A stretch of 39,950 nucleotides of DNA from Parasitella parasitica NRRL 2501. Taxonomy: Eukaryota; Fungi; Mucoromycota. Numbering within the stretch: the stretch's first letter is position 1; every line of letters starts with the position of its first letter. The stretch covers positions 1-39,950 of the forward strand of contig MU619301.1 of NCBI GenBank assembly GCA_025201805.1, written 5' to 3'. Of the stretch, positions 22,014-33,643 are shown one piece after another. A model generated the notes under the pieces. That model did no database searches, was not told the origin of the DNA, and saw nothing but the letters and a program-made list of their open reading frames with translations. A program made the translations under genes and the position numbers.

Positions 22014-24193
22014 ATGAAACTGAGAGGCTGCTATTTCCCATTTGTCTTGTTTGCTACAGTCAATGCGATTGTAATTGATTCAGAGGATGGTATAGTTGTC
22101 AATAGTTGCGTCGTGAATAACTGGCTTTGAACTGATAAGGCATATAGCCGATTTATTCTCGCCAGCCGTTTCCTCATCATTAGCATGTCCCAATTATCAG
22201 CTGAAATGTCCACATTGCCCTCAAGGTCAAGTATGTGTGTATCCAGATAGTGAAGGGTGCTCTGGTGCCGGCATCCCAATATGTCAAGCACTTGAATGCC
22301 ATGGTATAGTGTGTTTGACAAAGCGTCTCCCATGGTATATGCACATTCCACAACCGTAATGCCACATCTAACATACGAAAATCTAGCCCTGACGAGTGCC
22401 CTTTTACATGTCGCTACAATGGTCCACCATGCTGCCCATTCTTAGGAGAGCCAGTATGCGAGCCCATTTGCCAAACGTTTGTTGCTTGTAAAGTGACACC
22501 ATGTCCATCCGAATGCCCTGGCGATTGCCATTACCCCAATGCCGACTACTGCTGCCCGAAAAGCGGCGAAGCAGTGTGCAACAAGCCTTCATTAGAGAAG
22601 CGCACATTAGGCGATAAAAGTGACGAGCCGCCACCAGAGAATTTAGAAGACTTTAATGGGTTTGTCCCCAATGATGACAGCTGGGGACACCAAACTTTTG
22701 GCTTTGGACATCAGGCGTACCAAAATGTACATCAAGACCACCATCCACAGCACGATCATGCATACCATCATGGAGATCATAGACACGATAATGGCGATAA
22801 AGGTGGATGTCCCATTTGCACTAAAACCGTGACTGATGTGAGTGTTCAGCTAGAGTTTGTCACAACAACACGAGAGCCTGGTATGCCCATTGAATGCGGC
22901 AATTATGTTGTGCCTTGGTGAGTACTTTGACCCTTTTATTGATTTAAATGAAAAAAAGAAAAACTGACCCAACTGTGTGCTCAGTCCTTACGAATGTCCC
23001 TACAATTGTATTTATCCCATGAATGAGCGCTGTCCTTTTGCAAAGAAGCCATGGTGTCCAAGCATATTGGATCAGACGCAAACTGAAGAACAAGACTGCG
23101 ATACAATTTACAATACCGAAGGATATCCTTACCCTTACTTCCCAAGCTACGATCCTTATCACGAGATATTTACATCGATATTGAATCGGTCTGGCGTCAC
23201 GTCAACTCCTTCATTCGTAACAGAAGAGCCTACGCAAGTGCCTTCCGTATTCTGTCCTCTCATATTTATTTTATGGTTTGTTCATTGTGATTTAGAGCGG
23301 AAGGAACCATGTATTGAATAATTTGTCTTACAATTTTAGTCCTGCCGAATGCCCTGATACGTGTCTCAGACAGAACGTACCTTGTCCATTTGCAACCGAC
23401 GGCTATTGTCCTGGTAGTGAGCCACCATCAGCCCATCCATCAGACAGGTAAATTGCTTTGAATTGTTTGTGTGAATTGAACGTACATATACTGAACGTAA
23501 ACAGCATTCTACCTGAAGTAACGACTCCAATTGAATCAACGCTTTCTGATGGAGCTATTCTTTGTCCTATGTATATGTTGGCATGGTAAGGCGTACATCC
23601 GTCTCCTTTTTTTTTTTTTTTTTTTTTTTTGCGAAATTGACGTACTAATAATACTCCTGTTTTCATCTCTTCGTATATGTAGTCCTTACTGTCCCGAAAA
23701 TTACTATTGTACAAGAGAGGCTACTGGGTATTGCCCAAACACAAATGTGCCCTACTGCTTCTCCACAGCCACACCCATGCCTACTCTTACCTCGACGATA
23801 GCTCCTCTGTTTGAATTTTTTCCCGAGCCTTATCCGCCCCAGCCTACTCATTGGAGAGGTTGGGGACAATTTGACGACTTGCTAGATCTGCCAGAGAATT
23901 TTATTTACCATGCCATGAGTCTGTTTAGTGATGGTCGAGAAAGCAGCGCATCAAATTCTTTTGATGATTTTGCCCCTGAACAAATAGATTACTACCAGAA
24001 GGAGGATGCTTGCCAAAAAGCTGGTTATATAAGGATTGCAGAGAGGCAAATTTTCAATCAAGCCCAAGCAGCATTAGCAGACTGTGAAGGATGTCCCTTG
24101 CTGGAATGGGATGATCAGTGCGATAATGTGTGTATGTTCCGTACTGAAATCGATTGCTGCATTCAAACAACCTGCTTCCCTAATAGCGACTGA
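22014..24193 (+). CDS. secreted cysteine-rich repeat protein, about 7 exons
   Basis: Signal peptide MKLRGCYFPFVLFATVNA; six C-x5/6-CP-x1/2-CP-x2/4-C...CP-x4-P-x-C-like units; His-rich and Thr/Pro-rich linkers; consistent GT-AG splicing. Confidence 0.8.
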
Positions 24194-24339
24194 TTAAGGA
24201 GAAAGAGAGCCCTATAGTTGGAAAGAGAAAGAGAGAGACAGAGAAAGAAGCTGTTGGATACAAATTAAACATATTTTAATCGAAACCATTTTTCCTTTTT
24301 TCTTTATTCTATATATTTCAATAAATTTCCTCTTTGTAA

Positions 24340-25676
24340 ATGAAATTCCTCGCAATCTCAACTTTGGCTTCGGTCTTACTACTTGCTTCACACTCTCTTC
24401 AGGAAGAGTTGGATGAAAATGTTTATCAAAATTGCCATAATCGTTTTCAACCACACCCAGCCATGTGTAATAAGTTCAATTTCATGTCAAGTGAAGAGGT
24501 ATATATCTATTTTTTATTTTTTTTTTTTTTTTTGCAATGGTGTGTTGACTGAATATTAACCATGGATCAGGCTGTGAAAAAAGGCTGTGTAGTTCCTAAA
24601 AATGGTACAACGTTTTATGACCTAAGCGGTTTACCTGAGGTCAGCGAAATGAATGTCAATACCATCAAAATGGCTAGCTTGATTACAAACGTATTCGAAG
24701 ACGGCGATCCTAATTTTGCATTTGCGTAAGTTTTCCATATTGATTTTTTCGACTGGATTGCCCAAATTGACCTGCCAAAATAGTTCATGTTCTAATATCC
24801 AAGATTTGAGAGGCTTCACTTGTGGTTATGCTGGTTTTACAGTAAGCAAAACAAAAAACAAAGAAAGAACATGCATGGTGAACTTTTTTTTTTTTTTTTT
24901 ACGAATATTTTCATTTACCAGACCGGCACAGGGGATGCAGAAACTTTGATCCAATTATACTCGAAAAACAGCCCCAATAACCGCCTTGAGCAATTTTTAC
25001 CCAGATGTCATGAAATCAGCAGCTTGCCACACTGCGACCGCCAAAGTCGAGGAACAACGCAGGGCCTAGAGGATTTCTGTAGCGCCTGGAAGAAGGAGGC
25101 ATGTAGCGCAAGCGGTGAATTTGCAAAAACACAGCGTCAATGGGTATTTGAAAATTATATGATCCCCAGCGCACGATATGCTGCTCAGAGTGGTGTCACA
25201 TCCGCACTTGGCCAAGCTATCTTTTATGGTACAATACAGCTGCAAACAGCTACTTCTTTCAAAGTTTGTTGCTTACTTTTATATATAGATACTATTATCC
25301 AACATGGGTTTCAATATGTGGAGCCTGATATCAACATTGTAAGACTATTGACATTGACAGGCCCAAGAATGAGACAAGAGAGTGAGCAAGAATTTTTGAC
25401 TCGTTTTATCACCACTCGAAGGGAATTGCAATGCTGTTACCCGTAAGTAGCATATATATATATATAAACTCGATACGCTTTACATGTGTAGTAACGCCTT
25501 TGAATTTTAGCGATCATGTATGGCCTGCAAGTGCAAGTCGTACCGCGGATCTTCAAAGTTTGGTCGATGATTTTGAGAAAAATAAGGACTTGAATGGTCC
25601 TATTCATTTGATCAAATTTGATAGAACCATCACAGGAGACGAAGATTTAGTTAGGGATACTAAGCATTGCAAATAA
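24340..25676 (+). CDS. secreted GH46 chitosanase (lysozyme-like fold), 6 exons
   Basis: Signal peptide; spliced ITNVFEDGDPNFAFASCSNIQDLRGFTCGYAGFTTGTGDA carries the catalytic Glu and Asp region; LGQAIFYDTIIQHG. Confidence 0.85.
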
Positions 25677-25821
25677 TTATTTAATTAAAAAAGTGTATCC
25701 GTTCAAATAAAAACAAATAAATACTATATTGAAAGAACTTCGTTATATCACGTGACAATTGAAAATGTTCAAAATCAATTAATATATAATATTAATTTAT
25801 TAATCAATAAGAATGTATCAG

Positions 25822-25893
25822 GGTTTCATAGTATAATGGTTAGTACACAGGACTTTGAATCCTGTGATCCGAGTTCGATCCTCGGTGAGACCT
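25822..25893 (+). tRNA. tRNA-Gln (anticodon TTG), intronless
   Basis: Acceptor stem GGTTTCA/TGAGACC, anticodon arm CAGGA-CTTTGAA-TCCTG, T arm CCGAG-TTCGATC-CTCGG, followed by a T-run Pol III terminator. Confidence 0.96.
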
Positions 25894-26077
25894 CTTTTTA
25901 TCTACTTTCAAATTGTGGTGTATGTAGATACTGATTAGTCTTTCGATCAAGTATACCAGCATTTAAAAATAATTAGGAAGATTCCCTCAAAATTGTGAAC
26001 AGTGCCACTCGGACCCTTGGTAGAATTGGTAGAGCCGATTATTTCCAAGTCATGCCCTGATTTGACGCAAGACCGGA

Positions 26078-26541
26078 ATGCAGTTTTTGGGTACGCATAA
26101 CAAAGTCGCTTATGTTGCCTTTGGATAAAGCGTCGAGATTTTAGATATCGAGATAGAGCTTGTGTTGAGATCGTTGATCGATGCTATTGAATCTGGTGCC
26201 TTGGATGGGTTTATTTGGGCTATGTGTGATAGCGCAAACCAAAGTAATAACATGCACGACATGATGCAAGAGCGATATAAGCATGCTCAGTTTGTCGAAT
26301 GGGCATCTCATATGGATACTCTTTCATATCCTTATACAAAATCGTTTGTCTGGTATGCTGGCCTGGAGCCCTTGCACGAAGCTGCGTATGTTGGCGTTTG
26401 CAAGGCATTTTACCCTTTCTATGGAGATCAGATGAGCAACGTATGTATGATGTGATCACAACATCTTGGTGTTCCATTGAGCCAAGGCATAATCCCACTT
26501 GAATTTAGTCAAAAAAATCGACTGTGTTGCTCGAGACATAA
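26078..26541 (+). CDS. possible small hypothetical protein or gene relic
   Basis: ATGCAGTTTTTGG|gtacgc...ttttag splices in frame into the 26162-26455 ORF; the downstream exon is unclear and stops early. Confidence 0.35.
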
Positions 26542-26924
26542 AATAGTACATTTCAGCGTAACTATGAATCGTTTCCAAGCCATAGTGCAGATACATGCTT
26601 AACATGGCATTGCAAGAGCGACAAATTTAGTAGAAGAAGTGCTGTTTACTCAGCGAAAACGGGAGGCTGCCTCATCAATACCCAGCAAGCCGCCATATGT
26701 CATTTATCAAGTCTTGTAATTGGAATTATGAATTGCACTGAGTTTTGTAGCGTTTGCAGGCTACACTGTGTACGATGCCACAGATTCACATAGAATTCAG
26801 CAACAGCAAAAGGCGAATTTTGTACTAGTACAAAATACTATTGAGGATAAGAAACGAGAGTAACTTGGGCTAATAAATGAACGTTTATTGTGTTTTATAA
26901 ACGATAATAGTAATTTATACGTGC

Positions 26925-28853
26925 TTAATCACGCTTTTTAAAGTTGCACCAAACACCATGACGAGGTTTAGTTGTAAGTACAATTTTTGTATCAATAATC
27001 GAGTCCTTTTTCAACGTGCACGTAAATTGATTCATGGCACATGCAATAACGGTTCTCAGTTCAAGAATGGCCAAATTCTTTCCAAGACAAGCATGCTGTC
27101 CCAAAGTAAAGGAGAGATCAGGAAAGTTGTACTGTGTCTCTGGAGTCACTGTATCGTGGCTGCTGCCTGTAGTAGTAAGGTTATCGAATGCGTTATCCGA
27201 TGTTCCATCAGAGGCTTTGTCGTCAGGACGCAACCAGCGGCTAGTATCAAACACATCCGGGTTGGGAAAGATGGCAGGGTTCATCTGAATACCACGCACA
27301 TTACACCAAATCTCTGCTCCTCCAGGAACAACAACACCATCAACAACGGTATCGCGATTTACATGTACAGGAATAAATGCAACAGCAGGGTATTTGCGAA
27401 GAGTTTCACGGTAAACAGCAGTAACCAGAGGCATACGGGCAAGTTTTTCAGCAGTGATACTTTCGGGAGCTACAGGAGGAGGACCCAAAACTTGACGCAC
27501 CTGAGCAAAGAGCTCATCTTGAAGCTGAGGATTGCGAGCGAGTTCAGAAAAGGCAAAAGCTAATGTATGAGCAGTCGTATCGTAGCCAGCAAAGGTCAGA
27601 GTAAGCATATCATTAACAAGATCTACTTGATTAGCGTCGTAGCGTCCACTTGCAATAGCACAGGCTGCAACAGAGCGATAAGAGCGTTGCCTTTCAGGAA
27701 TACCTTGCTCTTCAAACTCTTTGACGTCTCTCTCGTAATCCTCTCTTGCGTATACCAAGGAGTCTCTGATAAACGTCTTTATTAATTCGCGAGCAGGCTT
27801 ATATATTCTTTGGCCCCAGTTTGTCTTGTTGATGCCAAATGGAAGCACGGCTTCGATAGATTGAAACCCTAAACCAAGTTCATGATGTTTATTCTACATT
27901 TAGATGGTGAGTAAATATCAGGTGATTTGCTCATGTAAAACACTTTTTTACCTTCAAGTTAGTTCTGCCGCCTACTATATCGTAATTCAATTCGTTTCGG
28001 CCATACAGATAGTAATTGATTACATCCATAGTCATATCCATGAACAACTCATCCAGTTCAATTGCCTCGCCAGTTGCCGCCTGCTTTTCAAATAGATCCA
28101 GCAAAGAACTAGCGCGAGTAGCAACATACGGCAACAACTTGGGAACGAGCTGCTTTGGTTGAAAGGGAGGCAAAAGAATATGTCGACGCCAGCGCCATTC
28201 CTTGATTTATACGATCTCAGTAAAAATAGACGTCTGTTATTTTGTGATCTACACTTACTTCGCCGATAGTATTGTTCAAGTTGTCACCACCAAAGACCAG
28301 ATTTTGGAGTACCCGAATCATAGTTCCACGCTGAACCTTGGAGGGCTCGTTTTTTACCTTACTTTTTACTTGACCATCAATCAATACATCTCTAATGCCT
28401 TTGAGAGTGTTCACAATTACAGTGGGAGAGCCGGTAACGGACCAACAGACGCTGACAGGCGACAAAGAAGGATCTTGGCCCACACGGATCAAAAATCTGG
28501 ACAGAGTATCAGTTTTTTCGCTATTATTTGGAGGAGGAATCAGGCCAAAGTATTTCACCAAAAAATGTTCTGCACGAGCCAATGGAGCCGAAGCCAATGG
28601 AGACCTGTATCGCTTGTGGAAGTAGTATGCCATGTAGGCAGCAGTCATTGCCAAAGGCATGACAGGCGTTGTGAGTGTTGAACACACAATTGCGCTAGTG
28701 CGTATCAAGTACTGTAGTAACATGATGAATATATATGTATATATATACAAAAAAAAACAAAAACCAAAAAAAAAAATGCTATGGTAGAAGCCGTATTACA
28801 TATATATAGATATCCAAAGTGAATATGGGGGTTCTGTCAATTGAATTAATCAT
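26925..28853 (-). CDS. cytochrome P450, 4 exons
   Basis: I-helix FAGYDTTA, ETLR (ExxR), heme motif FTLGQHACLG, WRWRR C-helix and an N-terminal hydrophobic anchor. Confidence 0.93.
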
Positions 28854-29303
28854 TGCACTTTTGTTTGACCCTGCATTTCAAAACCTTATTGTATTCAGAC
28901 TATCAGCCAATTAAATGCAAAACACTGTTTTTGCAGTATATTTCTACCTTTGGATAATGAAAATTAGCAATATAATCAACCGCACGGTGAAACGCTCTGG
29001 AACAAGGAGTCCTGGACCCAGCTAGCTCTTAAAAGATAAACACACGCAATTTATGATCATTTTGACCATATATAGTCTATTGCCGTGAATGCTAACAGCA
29101 GAAAATCAACGCTGCGATAATGGTCAACGTCGGCGTAACCAACCAAATGCTCTTTTTTCTCTGTTAGCTATGATATGGGCTACTATTTGCTATACTAAAA
29201 TTTAGGCCAGTTTCAAATCGGGTGAAATGGTTCATTCCAATAGCAAATATCTCTATGTCTCTCTCTGTTTATCTTTTTCATGTTCACTATTATCCAATTT
29301 CAA

Positions 29304-30885
29304 ATGCGTATTTTAACATGTATAGCAATGATTACATCAAGTGTTACTTTGGTAGTTGCGAAACCGTTGATTACTGATCTACACTACGGAGCTGATACGG
29401 CAGATACAAGCTCTATCAAAGTCGAATGGACTGATCTTGTATCAAGCGATAACGAAAAACATGATGGGGATTCAAGCTATTACAAAGAATTCTCCAATAG
29501 TGCAGTCCATTTCAATACTGCAGATCAACCAATTCATGAAGACAGCAATAAAGCGCTGAAAAAGATGGCAAATATGAATTCAATGGACACAAATACGGAT
29601 AAGGTTGCAAAGGAAGAGTCTCTGCTCAAGGATAACCGTCATAATAAAGACCTGAACGACAGCCAATTAAGTGAAAAGGGTGCTAATGGGAATCCAAGTG
29701 CTACAAAAAACACATTTACCAGTAAAACTCAACAAGGAGCAGACTACGATAGTGATTTGACACTGCAAGATAACGATACACGCAATGCTGTTACTGAAAG
29801 TGAACCTATTCGGGACACAACTGACTACGCAAACAAAGAAGCAATTGATGGAAATATTCCCATTCCAATGCCAATGCCAATGCTTGGCCATGACCATGGC
29901 GAGTATCTTCCCCCAGAGGAGATAGAGCCTATTCAAGGCGAAGAGCAAAGCCCCATTTTTGATTATTATGACGCACTTGATCGAGCTCTCTTGGATCCTT
30001 ATATTGAGGGTATTGATTCTGATCTAAACAGCAAAGTTTACGAAGAGCCAGGAGAGGAGATATTAACAATTCCATCAGGACAAGTACTCGATTACCGCAG
30101 CTTGGTAGCAGAACAGATCGAGTTGGCTGAAGAACAGATCCAAATTAAACACGATGAACTTTTGCAAGACCAGGAACAAATCGATAATTTGAAGCGCAAA
30201 GTACATCAGTCGTTAAACACATCGACAGCAACCTCCAATACTGAATTCAGTATGGAGGTTTTAGAGACTGGACCTAACGAAACAATGTATGTCTACAAAG
30301 GCATAGCCACTATTCCCACTACTACTGCTGTTTCTCCTACTTCTCCTCCTCCTCTTACCACTACTTCCACCACAACAGTGCCGCATGCTGATACATCTCT
30401 GGCAAATCAACAGCCTCCTTCAGCAGATACGCCTCTTTTAAAAAATATTGATGAGAATGAGGCCGAGCACGTTACAACTAGTAGCACAGAAATCAACACG
30501 CCTCTCTATAAGCTCTTACAAAAACAAGACCTTCATATCGAGACCACAAAAAATCCACCTAAAAGTAAAGATAGTTCTGACTTGAGTAATGCGACCACAT
30601 TTGATCCACTAAACAAACTTGAGCTTCCCAATGGTAGTTGGACACCATCATGTAAGCATGTTTCTACAGGATTTTATTGTCTTCAGCCAGACGGAAAAGG
30701 ATCAGTAAGTACCATTCTAGGACTTATATGACAGAGATGCTGACATGTATACAATTTAGACCATCGTCGAATGCTCGGGTGAAAATGTAGGTTTTGAATT
30801 CTCGTGTGGTAAAAACATGATGTGCTATAGCGCAGGCCCCTTTGATGTAGATTGTCGCAAAAGCGACCTTTTATTAAATGAATAG
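29304..30885 (+). CDS. secreted acidic, Thr-rich protein with C-terminal Cys domain (CBM19-like?), 2 exons
   Basis: Signal peptide MRILTCIAMITSSVTLVVA; low-complexity body; spliced end SCKHVSTGFYCLQPDGKGS|TIVECSGENVGFEFSCGKNMMCYSAGPFDVDC. Confidence 0.75.
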
Positions 30886-30986
30886 AGCATTTTATATTTG
30901 TATATATAATATATATCTATACATATATATAAATAAAAAAAAAAAAAAGGTATATGGATGTGTATGTACAAAAGTGTCGATTAATT

Positions 30987-32127
30987 TCAAAGCATCAGGC
31001 CTTGGCTTGCAGCCCAGACTGTAGCCATGCCATTCAGGATCTTGGCCAGGTGGTCAGGTATGTCGCAGACAAGGATATTTTGATAGATCTGCTTCTTTCT
31101 CTCTGACCATGACTGACCAAATTCGTCGTCAAGACATTCAGGGAAAGAGTATGCATCCATGTATTCCATGGTGCAACGCTCGTATAAAACAGTCAATTCA
31201 GGCATGATTGTATCTGTTTCATTTTGGATTAAAGGCGTAAACGTAACAGGGACTTGCGGTGCAAACGGAAAGAGGCCCACTCGAGGCACGTTAGCCTGCA
31301 CCGATTCTGTTTGTTTCAAGCAAACCGACAGAAACAATGTCTGGCACCATAGCGGAATTTTGCCTCGAATAACAAGATCGCTGGTATTGTTGTATGGGTT
31401 TGTATATCTTGCACCGAATGTGTAGCTATACGGGACAAACATTTCATAACAAGAGCTCGTCAAGTTGTTTGTCATTTGATACACATTGTCGCATTGGAAC
31501 GTATCGATGGGAGCTTCATCTAAAGAAACTGTTAGCATGCATTATTCATGTCGGTGATAGAAGAAAATTACCGTGTGTGTCAACATAGCTGTTGGACATG
31601 GTCTCTTCAATACAAGACAGCGTAGGTGATGGTTGCGGAACGCTGGACTGCCATTTTTGATGAACAAACACGCCTTTAGAGAGTCGCATCAGTGAGATTT
31701 GATTCATGTCCATATTTCTGCAATGGATCATGCGCAGAAGCAAGTTTTCTGATCTGTGTCTGCGATATGTCAAAGGATCAGTAGCACACATTGGATCAGA
31801 GTTGAATCGAAATGTACGGTTGTTGTCGATCAGCGCTAGCAGATCGTTGGCAGAGGGAGTGTTCTTCTTTGCTCTCTTTGCTCTCTTTATAAAGTAGGCT
31901 TCGGGCGATAAATAAGACGTGCCGGTTGAATTGAAAATGTGGTGCTGTAGTTGGGACACTGCAAATTTCCAATTATCAACATCTTTGCATAGATCAGTAG
32001 GTGATGATTTGTAAGCAATGAAGAAATCCTGAAAATCGTCTTGCTGCTGCTCTGGTGCGCTACCAGCATTATGGTCCAATTTAATCTGAGTAGAGTGTAA
32101 GTAACTATTTTCGTAGAAGGTGGTCAT
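30987..32127 (-). CDS. hypothetical protein, 2 exons
   Basis: ORFs 31546-32184 and 30987-31538 join through a gtaatt...gctaacag intron (DTH|VSLDEAP). Confidence 0.75.
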
Positions 32128-33643
32128 GGCTGGTGATGGTGGTAAATGTAAAAGAAAAGAGTGAATATACACACATGGTGGCAAAACTTACTTTTATACT
32201 GCCACCTAATTTTTTTTTTTTTTTTTTTGACTCATATCGGGTGCGATCTAGAGCCAAAAAAACGTGCGGGGTTGCGGCAAAGAAGGCTTTCAAATACTAC
32301 TATATTGGGATCAACCCACGTAATGACGACTTGAAATGGGAAATCTAATGATCTACTGCATCGTCATCGCAATATGCCTACTCAAACATCAAAGACTCCT
32401 TGGTATCAAGACTGCTTCACATCTTTTTGATTTCCTTTTACAAAATAATTTTTGATCGTGTAACATTTGGACTGTTTGATTCATTTGTAAGCAATGACTA
32501 CTGCACTTGGACCGTTGTTCTATTACCATGCCAAATCAAATAAATAAGACATACAGTAAATATGGCAGGCAATATATTACACAGAGATATTGTGAAAAAA
32601 CAAGAGGGCACATTCAGACATGCTGGTCCAAAGAAAGTAGTATATAAATATTTGTCGGTGATAGCGCCGAGTATCAGCCGCATTTCCGCGTTGCCATATG
32701 GATCAAATTTGGGTGGTAATTATTTATCAATCTAGGGTGACATTGGTTCGATTTTAGTTTATCAGATCTTCTTCCATGCAGCCATGCATTTTGCTGCGGA
32801 TTTTTTCTTCCATCATGTGCATCATAGATCATTGGATTTAATTACTTGATTAACAAAATATTTATTACACTGTATTTCTGGCAAATTTGCAAGCGATTTT
32901 CAGATAATGGATGAAACATGTTGAATTCAGCACAGATCGGATATCTCTTCAAAGAGCTTTTGAACGGGGGTAGGTGCCGTTATTCAATAATAATAATAGT
33001 CCTGTGATTTATTACATCGACCAAAATAATAGAATGTTCGAATGCTTCTTTATTTAGAATGCATGAACAAACTGTATATAAAGCGTTAACATATCTGATG
33101 TATTCATATTTACATAAAAGAAAGCTAACTTCAACAGAATAAAAAAAGCAAAAAAAAAAAAACGTCCAAAACTGATAAAGCATAGCAGAAAATACATGTT
33201 GATCAAGTACACACACAAAGTGTCTTCACATACCTAACGGCGAGGATGGAAAACGCATAAAAAAAGATTTTTGATTTGCATGCAAAAAGCTAAGCGGTTT
33301 GAGTCGTATAAATTGGAATGCTCGCTATGAATATCTTTATTTAATTTGTTTGACATATACCCCAACTGTATATAAGGCCGTTTGAAAACGCATGGCTAAT
33401 ATTAGATGATTATTGTGAAACAGGCGTGCTACTATATTTCACCGCCTGATCGTGTAGTGCATTTTCTTTTTTCGCATTTGCAGGGATAAGCAACAGCAAC
33501 AGGACGCTCCAGCACATTCAACTGGTGTTTTAAGGGGTAAAAACCCACAAAAAAAAAGGCTGATGTAACCAAGCCAAAAACACTCAAATTGCATGGTTTT
33601 TCTTTTCGCTTTTACCAGCGTCCCTAAAGTCGCATATATATAA

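Noticed and set aside
22031-22634. Minus-strand ORFs of 64-106 aa
   Set aside because: Antisense to exons of the Cys-rich gene.
31538-31546. Apparent frameshift or two separate genes
   Set aside because: Resolved by a canonical short intron with a GCTAAC branch site.
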